Below are positions 30,401-42,103 of a stretch of 64,000 nt of DNA, piece after piece (position 1 is the stretch's first letter; every line of letters begins with the position of its first letter). Both the position numbers and the translations under genes were made by a program. The notes below the pieces were generated by a model, which did not search any database, had not been told where the DNA came from, and saw only the letters and a list, made by a program, of their open reading frames with translations. The DNA comes from Reclinomonas americana ATCC 50394. Taxonomy: Eukaryota. The stretch covers positions 62,001 to 126,000 of the forward strand of contig PS015134.1 in NCBI GenBank assembly GCA_048213135.1, given 5' to 3'.

Positions 30401-30763
30401 ACGAGTAACTTGTGCGTGGTAACGTAGAAAAAAACGACTTTTTTCTGTTGTGAGTGTGTGTGTGGTGAAAGTGAGTGGGCATCTCGGACATCACCCTGGC
30501 CGTCCTTTCTCTCTCTTGCAGTGCGTGTCTGCCTCTGCGTGTCTGCCTGTGTGTGCTAGTGGGTGTGGCATGCACGCAACTCGGTGGACGTGAAGGGTGT
30601 GTGTTGTTTTTTGTGGACAACTGTCCGTGTGTGTGTCATGACTCATCATTTCCTTTCTGATTCCATTCTCTCTGTGTTGCAGCGCGGGTGTGTGTGCGTG
30701 TTTGGTTGCATCTGAGTTGCACGGCGAGGGTGCGTGAGTTGGCGTCGTTCGCTCATCTGCCAT
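27447..30763 (-). CDS. Kinesin-14 (C-terminal motor, Kar3/Ncd/KIFC type); middle exons in gap, 5' exons tentative
   Basis: [68 protein letters not shown] and [11 protein letters not shown]. The motor domain ends at the stop at 27447. Confidence 0.9.
29300..30120. repeat. Intronic tandem repeat, unit about 240 bp, 3-4 copies
   Basis: Recurrent gcacagagacctgtctc..ctctctgactgtgcacgagtgagcgagaggtctatctctctcagtgtgtgtcagtgaggtctcttttctcacg. Confidence 0.8.
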
Positions 30764-30805
30764 GTTCATTGTTGTGGTGCCTTGGCAACTCAGGTGCATG
30801 TGACA

Positions 30806-30877
30806 GCTCGTATGGTCTAACGGTTATGACATAGGACTCTGAATCCTGTAGCCGTGGTTCGACTCCACGTACGAGCT
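30806..30877 (+). tRNA. trnQ-CUG: tRNA-Gln(CUG), identical to the copy at 18487-18558
   Basis: Same 72-nt sequence, followed by ttattttttatttttt. Confidence 0.95.
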
Positions 30878-31201
30878 CTTATTTTTTATTTTTTCCCTCG
30901 CCAGCGCAGTGATCGCTCATGGCCCCAGTGCACTACCGAGCATGAGGAATGTTGCGTGGCATGACGGATCTGTGCTCGAAAGTGAAAAATACGGAAATGT
31001 CAATATCGATATTGGCAAAATCGCCCAGCACCTCTATGCCATCCAGCAAGCAGCTGCAGTCTTATTCTCTAAGTCCAACTGCACCTGCATCCGACACCGG
31101 CACTTGCATCCGACACCGCCACTGAGGGACGTCGCGTATTTCGAATTCAAAAACTCGAGAACTGCTGAACAACAACCAGCAAACAAGCAACAGCTGTCTT
31201 G

Positions 31202-34200
31202 ATGACCGAGTTCAACCGTATCCAAAACATCAACACAGACACCAACCTTGAGGCAGCAGCAGGTTCCTTGTGGGTGTGTTCGCTCTCGGAGCTCCGATCG
31301 CGAACAAGTCGAGAACTGCGCATGCGATCCTCACCGAGAATCATACACCTCTGTACTCCACAAATCATGAGCATCACAAACGAACAGGCACGCACAGTTC
31401 AACCACGTGCACGCTGATGAACGGTTCTCGACGTCGGCATATGCATGCGCTGCGCATGCAGTTGTTCGAATTCGAAGGTTTGAGAGTGAATGCACATACA
31501 CACAGGAAAACCTACCGCTGTCCCCAGACAGGTGTTTGTGTTGATTTCTCTTGCAGAAACGCCAGCATGTATGCCGTCTCGACTTTTTCTCGCTTGNNNN
31601 NNNNNNNNNNNNNNNNTCCCTCATTCGTGAGAGCTGGCAGTTGTCTCTATTCTTCTCTCAGAGTCACTGTGTGCCTCTTCGGAGTGGGTTTGGATGCTGT
31701 TGTCTCTTAGCCTCTCTCACTTGCGGAGAGCGTCAAACAGAGAGTTGTCATCTCCACATGTTCATAGTCTCTCTCCTTCTCTCAGAGTCACTGTGTGTCT
31801 CTTCAGAGAGTGGCTTTGCATGCTTGACTCTCAGTCGTTCAGTTCTCTCGCTTGCTCACTGAGAACGAGAGAGAACGGAGAGTGTCAAACAGAGAGTTGT
31901 CACGTCGTCTCCATTTATTCGTTGTCTCTCTCCTTCTCCCAGAGGCACTGTGTGTCTCTTCGGAGAGTGGGTTTGGATGCTGTTGCCTCTCGGTCATTCA
32001 GTCGCTCTCTCACTTGCTCACTGAACAGAGAGCGTCATACAATGAGTTGTCTCCTCATCTCCATATGTTCATTGTCTCTTTTCTTCTCTCAGAGTCACTG
32101 TGTGTCTCTTCGGAGAGTGGGGTTGGATGCAGTTTCCGCCTGCTCTAGTCGTTCAGTGTCTCTCACTTGCTCACTTGGAACGACAGAGAGTTGTCTCGTC
32201 GTCTCCATTTATTTCATTGTCTCTCTCCTTCTCTCGCTCTCTCATAGTCACCGTGTGTCTCTTCGGAGAGTGGGTTTGGATGCAGGTGCCTTCCCTCCAC
32301 CGCACTCGATACGTCGTGAGTGATTGCATGTTCCTCTTGTCGTCTCACGTCTCCCTCGTTCCCCCGCGCTCATTGAGACCGATCGAGAAGCAGAGTCGTC
32401 CGGTGCTCAGAACGAGAGAGAAAAGTGGAACGGGAAATTGAGTTCTCTTGTTGTCTCTCTCGTTTGCTCGTCTCTGTTTCTCTCTCGCTCATTGAGAGCG
32501 TCAGACGGAAGGCACTTGTTTGTTCCGTTCGCTGAGAACGAGATTGCCGAAGTTGCCTCGTCGTTTCAGTTTCCTGTTCTTTGAGTCTTTCGCGCGGGAG
32601 AAGCAACAGGCCAAGTGCATGCTTGTAGTTCTCTCTCTCTCTCTCACTCTCTCTCAACCTCTCTCCCCTTGTCTCACCCTCAGGTATTCACCAACGTCGA
32701 CACCCTTGTCGAGTTCACCACCACACTGGAGGACTGCGGCGCGTGGTTGTACACCTCGGCGCGTGTGGAGCACACGTACACGTCGGTGAATCGGGCGCCG
32801 GATCATCAGAAGCTGACGGTGACTGTCGACTGGCCGCAGGCGAGGGCGAGCTGGTTTGATCGCTTGTTTGGCAGGCTGGTGAGGGGGGAGGAAGGAATGG
32901 ATGAGAAGCATGTGAACCCTGCACGTGGATGTGTTTGCCCGTTATGCTGTTGATCTCTCTCGGTATTCTCTATCTCACTTTCTCCCTTTGCTATTTCTCT
33001 CTTTCTCGTCCCTTGTTGCTCTCTCTCTCTCTCTCATCCGTTCTTTTTGTGTGCGCTGGCTGCCTTTCCTCCAACTGTCTCGCTATTCGTCTCTTTCTCC
33101 CTCTCGTTCCCGTTTCTCTCTCTCTCTCTCATTCTTTCTTATGAGACAATTGCGTCATACTTTGCGTCTCTTTCCCCTCTCATTCACTGATTTCTCTCTC
33201 CATCTCATTCTTTCGTTTGTGTTCATTGCGTGTCGTTCCTCATCTGTCTCCATGCATCTCACTCCCCATTTCGTTCTCTTTCTTTTTCGTTCTCCTACCT
33301 CCCTGTCGTTCTCCCTCCCTGTCGTTCTCCGACCTTCCTGTCGTTCTCCTACCTCCATCTCGTCATCCTACCTTCCTATCTTTCTCTCTCTCTCTCTCTC
33401 TCTTGTTCTCCCCCTCTCTCTCTCGTTCTATCTCTATCTCGTTCCCCTCTGTTTCGTTCTCCTACCTCCCTCTGTCCCCTTCTCTCCCATTTCTCTCTCT
33501 ATGTATCCGCCTTCATTCGCGCATTCTCTCTCTTTTTAAACACTCATCGCAGTTCGGCCAAACCTACCCCTCCGCATCGCTGTGCCTGCGCATTCCCGAG
33601 AGCGCCGATCTCGACGTGCACTCCTCCAACGGCGATCTCTTTCTCACGGGCGCCTTTCGCGGTGGTCCGTCCCTCCGCCAATCTCCTCTCACCGACACTG
33701 CCTCCCTCACCCTTGCGTGTCACAGGCAATCTTAACATAAGAGCGCACGACGGCAGTGTCAACTGCGATCAGCTGTGCGGTGTGTCGCACAACGCCAATG
33801 TCGAGGAGGGCGTCTTGTCGATTGGCCTGCTCGACGGCGCGCAGAATCAGGTTTGTCAGCATGTAATCCATACTCGGCGAGATAGCTGGCAGAGAGAGAA
33901 TGAGAAAGAGAGACGATGGGAGGCAGGGAGAAAGGAAGAGAGGGAGAAAGAGGGAAAGGAAGAATCGAAGGCGGGAGAGACAGAATAAGCAGGAAAAGGA
34001 AAGAGAAACTGTTGACAAGAGACAGCGAGGGTCGCGCGGACAGAAGCAAATGCACGCGCGTGAGATTAGAACCAGCATTGGAAGCCACGTGCTCCCACAA
34101 GAAAATGCACTCCGACATTGAAACTCAGAGCACAGAGAAGAGGGTAAGGGGAGAGAGTGGGAGAGAAAACGTGAGGGACGTGTGTAAGAAGTGCTTGTTG

Positions 34201-35561
34201 CAGAACGAATTGCTTTCGTTGTTGTCGTCTCACATCTCCCTGCTCGACAGCTCTCGAGTGACGAGCGCAACATCGAGATTGGTCGCATCGAGGGCGGCAA
34301 CACCATTCTGCGCTCCGACGAAGGCAGCATCTTCTTCGAGCTCACGGAGAACGGCAACGTCGATGCCAAGACCGAGGAGGGGCATGTGGAGGTGCGTGCG
34401 GGGGAGGAGAAGGGTGTTTGTAATAGGGCAGTCGACGTCTCCTTTCCCCACCCTCACTTGCGTCAATCTCACTTTCACCTCCACTTCTTCCCAATTTGTT
34501 GTGGCCGTTTCTTGTTGTTACCCTGCTGCGTTCTCTTTTCTGTGTCCTGTCGCCCGCGGTGAACGTAGATCGTGGCGATCTCATTGTACAAGCGTGTCGT
34601 TGAAGGGTGCGTTCTCAGGCGCCTTAACCACCTGTGAGCACGCGAAAGTCAGTGAGTCCCTTCTTCTGTCTCCTTCAGTGCTTTTCCGGCCTTCCTCTTC
34701 TTACATGTGCTTTGAAAATACCTGTTGACAGACAAGAGCATGTAGTGTATTCATTCCTCGCTTGCATGACTATTGCACTTGCACCCTCTGACCCTTGTTC
34801 GCACCGTTGCACTGCGACATGCTTGCAGACGTCAAGCTCTCGCTCTTTGTCTCGCACTGTTGCGCATTAATGGCAAGCAACATGGCACGCAGAGCGTGAC
34901 CGATTCTACAATGTTGGCAGTCCGACGAGCTTGCAAGCACCTCTCTCTCTCTCTCTCTCGCTATTACATTCTTTGCTGAGCAGTCTNNNNNNNNNNNNNN
35001 NNNNNNCACCGAGAACGTTTTTTTCTTTTTCGAAGTGTTTGCAGAAGTCTGTCTTCGCTTCCTGTCAGTTTGTCTCTCTTTTTCTCTGTAGCGCATCCGT
35101 TGCAGGGCCCTCGACGAGCAGACGCTCCACTGCACGCACATTGTTAATGCTTTGCTTTCATCGAGCTCATTCCCCTCCTCCCTTCCCCCCTCCAAGGCCA
35201 ACCTCGTCAACAACCGCTTCGGCACAATCCGCCTCGAGTCCGTCGAGCGCGACGTCCTCCTGCTCACCAACCCCCTCTGCCGCGCCAATCTGCACGTGCT
35301 GGGACCGCTGAGCACCCTCAAGTATCCAAGAAAACGCATCTCGTTTGATGACGATTGTTGCGTTCCGTGCTTCCATGTGCCGTGCATTTCTTCCCCACTC
35401 GTCTTAACAGTGCTCCGCCCGCAGTGCACACTGAGGGCGAGGCAGCAGAGGCGCACAACCACAAGAAGCCGCACCTGGGTCGCATGAATGGCGGCGACGC
35501 GAGTGGCAAGCGTGAAATCACGCTGAAAGCCCGCACCATGATTATCCGCATGGGCGGCTGA
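31202..35561 (+). CDS. DUF4097-like (putative adhesin, beta-strand repeat) protein, multi-exon
   Basis: Exons LCLRIPESADLDVHSSNGDLFL, NLNIRAHDGSVNC, NANVEEGVLSI and TILRSDEGSIFFELTENGNVDAKTEEGHVE show the xxSxNGxI beta-repeat pattern. The gene ends HLGRMNGGDASGKREITLKARTMIIRMGG*. The start is tentative. Confidence 0.65.
31620..32290. repeat. Intronic tandem repeat, unit about 140-160 bp, about 5 copies
   Basis: Recurrent ctctcagagtcactgtgtgtctcttcggagagtgggtttggatgc. Confidence 0.8.
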
Positions 35562-35695
35562 GGCGTGGCGATGGGCGAGTGTTTGTACAAAAGGACGAGC
35601 GGTAGCACCGAATGAATGAAGTGTGTTTTCTTTAGGGCACGCCTCTCGTCATCTCATTTTTCATTCACCACGAGACACACAGAGCGCGCGACAAC

Positions 35696-36672
<977 letters not shown>

Positions 36673-36917
36673 CCTCGCTCCGACGACAGTTGAAAGACGG
36701 AGATTGAACGTCGAGGTCTTTTGTCAGACGTTGTCTACGCAGGTCACTGTCGCGCTGTTTCCTTTGACAGCTGCATCGCTGAGCACTTTGCGCAGAGAGT
36801 ACTGTTGCTATAAACTTGAAGAAGGTTGATGCCCGACGTCGGCATTTATTGCCTCCTGGGGGGACGCGACTGAGAACAACAAACGAAAGCAGAGATCAAA
36901 GCATACGAGCACACACA

Positions 36918-39900
36918 ATGTCGGTGTGTGTGTTTGTTATCTTCTCTCACTTCTCTTCCCCTCCTCCTTGTGTGTGCTTACTGCTCTTGTTTGACACAGT
37001 TCTCTGTGAACGTGAGTGCGGCGCATGATTCGTCGCTGTCGGTGGTGGTGGAAGGCTTGTCGGGCATGTCCACTCTCGCGGACTTGCTGCGCGATGCCAC
37101 TCGCCTGCTGCGGGAGAAGAATGGAGATGACGGGATGGAGATTGTGGGAGTGGAGAAGCCGATGCAGTTTGACATCAACCTTGCTGCTGGGGTGCCTCTC
37201 GCAGCATTCGGCATCAACTCTTCCACTCATCTCGTCGTCTGTGTGACTCTTGGCGTGGCGTCGAGTGGACGGAGTGGGAGTGGGAGTGGAAGGTATGTGT
37301 CTGGGATGTGTTTGCGAATCATCTCTCTGCGCCAAACATGCAAGTCACTCTCATGTCCTCGCACAGCAACTCGGAGCGAGTGACTCGGTGTGTTTCCTCT
37401 CTTGCCCTCGTCAGAATCTGTCTCCCTCCCTTGTTCTTCCACTCAAATCGAGTCGATGCTGACTGTGTTGTGTGCATGTGCAGCATGATCAACTCGCAGC
37501 GCATCAACATGGCGTTTGAGGTGGTGGAGGAGGCCGCGCGCCTGCGCTGCCAAAGCGCTCTGGCGCAGTTCAGTCGCGATCATTCCGACTTTGATGTGCG
37601 GGCGTGGGTTTCGACTTTCACGCCTGCCGGCATGGATGCGACAGCAGTGAAGTTGTGGCGTGATCGGCATGCGCCATACAAAGGATGGCAGGTCAAGCTT
37701 TTCAAGGAAGTGTATCCGGTGGTGTTTGACTGGCGCGCGGCATTCGATGCCGATCTCACATCCGACCCCTCTTGTGACGCATTTGACGCGACGGCTCTCA
37801 CCTCCATAATGCTGTATGGCGGCTTTGTCGACGAGGACGGTCGCAAGCTGCGGCTGATTGACGATGCCGATGAACGCAAGGCTGTGGAACACCTGCGCGA
37901 GGTACGAAACGAGTTGGTGCACGGGTCATCGGCGTGGACAGAGGCCATTGTGAAAGATAATCTCGACGACGGTGGCGTGTTTCTCTCACTTCTCTACAAG
38001 CTGCACCTTCCTGCTGCTACAGTTGACCAGTTGGCAACACGGATTCGTGAGGCCCGCCACCTCGACTTCAGCGTCAGCACCTTCGAGGAGCGATTGCATC
38101 GACTGGCTGTGCGTGAGCTCTCGTTCTACCAACACGACGAGAGTGTGCGCAAGGACATGGAGATGTATGTGCCACTGCTGTGCTCCCGTGAGCGTGACGT
38201 TTCGTCGAGTGACAAGTTGACAGATCTGTTGGCGGAGGTGGATGCTTTCCTCTCTGACACCAACACCAACCAGCATGTGCTGGTGCTCTTCGGTAACAGT
38301 GGAGCTGGCAAGACCACCACCATGTCCGTACTGGCCGAGCGAGCTTGGCGGCAGTGGCAGGCGGGAGAGGGTAGACGAGTGCCTGTGCGTGTGCCTCTTG
38401 GTGCGCTGCGCAATGCTGATGAGCGATTGTTGGAAGAGGCACTGGAGCGACTGTCACCTGAATTGGGATTCAGCGAGACGGATGTGCGACGGTTGAAGGA
38501 GGAACCACTACTGTTGTTGCTTGACGGGTACGATGAGTTGTACCGTGGTGTGAATCTGTTTGTCAAGAACCAATTGGATGCGTCTGTGTGTCCCAACTTG
38601 AAGGTGATTATCACCTGCCGCGGCGATTATGCACTGACGGCACTGGGTAGTGTGGCGCAGTATCGACGGTATTTTGCACCGGTGGATGCACGAGGACAGT
38701 TGTGCATGCAGCAGCTGATGGAGCGACACATTGCACCATTCAGTCCGGAGCAGATTGAGAAGTACTGTGAGCGACTGGTACAAGTGGGCGTTGATGATGA
38801 AGTGCGATGGTCGACTGCCGAAGAGTACATTCGTGCACTGAAGGGTGTGCATGGACTGGATGCACTGGTGTCGAATCCGTTCCTGTTGGCTGTGGTGGCT
38901 CATGTGTTGCCAGAGTTGGTGGTTAGTGGTGTGCAGCGACCTACTCGGTGTGATGTGTTTGACCAATTCATTCGACAGTGGATCGAGAGAGAGCAGGACA
39001 GGCAGACTTGCCTTGGTGCGACGCGTGTGCCGAGTGAGGAGACGTGCCTCGCTTTCTGTGAGGGACTGGCACGGTTGATGCATGAGAGGAATGCGGTGCG
39101 TGTGTCTGTGACAGAGAGTCGATCAGGTGACGACGGAGAGGAGGATGACGACTTTGGTGGTGCACCACTTGAGTTGCGACGAGTGCAGGAGGGACCATTT
39201 GACAAGTTCCTCGGTCACAAGAACCAGCATGTGCGAGTATGCTGTCCGATTGTGCGACGATATGGTACGACGCAGTGGGGATTCGTGCACCTGTCGTTGC
39301 TTGAGCACTGTGTGGCACGTCATGTGTTTGCGTTGGAGACGTGGGATGCAGACAGGATGTTGACTGTGCAAGATGTGCAGCAGCATGTGTTGGCAGTGCA
39401 ACTGCTGAACGATCGACCATCACTGGTGGAACAGTTGGCAGAGGTGGTGCGACGGTCTCCTATACTGCAAGCGAGACTGTGGGAGGTGATGGAGTTGTCG
39501 CGTGAGGTGGATGAGGAGCGGGTGGTGACGGCAGCAGCGAATGCGGCGACGGTGCTGTGCGCTGCTGAAGTGTCGTTCAGTGGACGAGATCTGTCAGGTG
39601 TGAGAGTGCGGGGTGCGGATTTGAGAGACGCGGTGATGCACAGGACGGTGTGGAGGGGAGCGGATTTGAGAGACGTGAATGTGTGCATGGCGTATGCGAG
39701 GGAGGCGGATTTCAGCGAGGCTGATGTGAGGGGTGTAAAGTGGCCGAGGAAGCCGATGATGAGGCACACTATGTGGGTGACATCTGTCGCTATCACTCCC
39801 GATGGTCTCCACATCGTGAGTGGCAGCTGGGACAACACAGTTAGAGCTTGGTCACTGGCGAGTGGGGAAGAAGTGAGTCGGTTCGAGGGACACACTGGAC

Positions 39901-41201
39901 GAGTAATGTCAGTCGCCGCAACCCCCGATGGCCGGCATATTGTGAGCGGGGGCGAGGACAAAATAGTGCGAGTGTGGTCACTGGCGAGTGGGGAGGAAGT
40001 ACGAAAGTTGCAGGGTCACCATGACTGGGTACAGTCTGTTGCCGTCACTCCCGATGGTCAACACATTGTGAGTGGAGGTCAGGACAGCACTGTCCGGGTC
40101 TGGTCACTGGCGAGTGGTGTGGAAGTGGTGCAGTTTGACGATCGCACTGACAAAGTGTGGGCCGTCGCTGTCCTTCCCGACAGTCAACAGGTGGTGAGTG
40201 GGAGTTGGGACGACACTGTTCGTTTGTGGTCACTGGCGAGTGGAACAGAAGTTCGACGATTTAAAGGTCACGGTGGCTCTGTGTGGTCCCTTGCTGTCAC
40301 GCCCGATGGTAAGCACATTGTGAGTGGTGGAGCTGACGGAGTAGTGCATGTGTGGTCACTGGCAAGTGGGGAGGAGGTGCGACGATTCGAGGGACACGCT
40401 GATAGGGTGTGGTCGGTTGCAGTCACTCCCGATGGGCAGCACATTGTCAGCGGAAGCCAGGACAAGACTATCCGGGTGTGGTCGATGGCGAGCGGTAAGG
40501 AAATGCGCCGCTTGGAGGGTCACACTGACTCGGTGAACTCTGTCTCCGTCCACCCCAACGGTGTGCATATCGTGAGTGGGAGTGGAGACACTACTATTCG
40601 CTTGTGGTCAGTGTCGAAAGATGGTGAAGAGGCTCGAAGGTTGGAGGGGCACACCAACGTGGTGTCCTGTTTCGCTGTCACTTCCGATGGACTTTTCATG
40701 GTGACCGGGAGTGAAGATAGAACACTGCGCGTGTGGTCTGTGGTGACCGGAGAGGAGATGCGACGGATGGATGGCCATGCCTACCCTGTAGTTTCTGTCG
40801 CTATCACTCCCAACGGTCAGCACGCCGTGAGTGGTAGTGAAGCTGGGGAGTTGCGAATGTGGTCACTTGCAACCGGCGATGAAGTGTGGCATTGCGAGTT
40901 GAAAGTTTGGGGACTTAAATCCGTAGCCGTTACTGCCGATGGCACATGTGTTGTTGCGGGCTTCAAGGATGCCGCTACGCGCATGTGGTCACTTATTGAC
41001 GACTCTGAGAAGATATGGGATCCTGAGACTCAGTTGCACTCACCCGCAGTGTCAGAATTTGTCATTCGCCTCTGTGGCGACACAATCGTCATTGTTCCTC
41101 GCAATCGACGCGGCGAGCCAGTCGAGCGCATTTTCGGCTCGTTTCTGACTGACTTTACTGGCGCACTGGGAATGGATCAGGGCGATGTGACTTCGCCTTG
41201 A
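36918..41201 (+). CDS. NLR-like STAND protein: ubiquitin-like + HEPN + NACHT + pentapeptide repeats + 10 WD40 repeats
   Basis: Three exons: MS | Ubl exon about 37000-37292 | 3.7-kb exon 37484-41201. HEPN: FDATALTSIM..VEHLREVRNELVHG. Walker A LFGNSGAGKTT and Walker B LLLLDGYDEL. Winged-helix-type WGFVHLSLLEH. Pentapeptides FSGRDLSGVRVRGADLRDAV. Ten 42-aa WD40 units. Confidence 0.92.
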
Positions 41202-41385
41202 TGATTCATTAAGGATCAGCACCCTCAATGTCTTGCGGTGACGGCGCCCGTGCAGCCACAGCAGCTGGCTGAGGACTCTTCTCATCCAGTTCATCCCACT
41301 TGCTGCGAAGTGAAAGAGAATCAATAAACTGAGGGAGCAACAGAGGAAACACGTCCGAGAGCTGACAGATAGATGAACACGCGTA

Positions 41386-41473
<88 letters not shown>

Positions 41474-41778
41474 TAGAGAGCGCGCGCGTACGTACGTACG
41501 TACGTACGTAACGTAACGTACGTACGTACGTCGTACGTACGACGTACGTACGTACGTACGACGTACGACGTANNNNNNNNNNNNNNNNNNNNNNNNNNNN
41601 NNNNNNNNNNNNNNNNNNNNNNNNNNNNNNNNNNNNNNNNNNNNNNNNNTACTAACTACTCTACGTACACTACCTACGTACACCTACTACTCCGTACTAC
41701 GTACTACTCTCCTCTCTCTCTCTCTCTCTCTCCTCTCCTCCTCTCTCTCTCTCTCTCTCTCTCTCCTCTCCTCCCTCC

Positions 41779-41813
<35 letters not shown>

Positions 41814-42103
41814 TCATCCGCGACACTCACCTCCAATGATTCCCGTGATTCCTGCATGCATACACATGCATCAGTTGTCTCTCTCTCACAAACACACGCA
41901 CCCCCGCGCACACCTCCCCCATCACTCACCCAACGCCAGTCGCGCCTGCTTGCTCAACGACAGATACCACTTAGCAACGCCCGACATTCTCCACTCACAC
42001 TCACTCAACAACACAAGCAAATGAAAATGCGACAACTCTGTGACAGGATTTTTTTCGACAAAGTTCACTCGCCCTCATTCACCCTCACCCTCTCCCTCTC
42101 TAT

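Noticed and set aside
37308-37483. N-terminal extension of the 1297-aa ORF as given in the track
   Set aside because: It lies inside the intron 37293-37483; the real N-terminus comes from the upstream Ubl exon.
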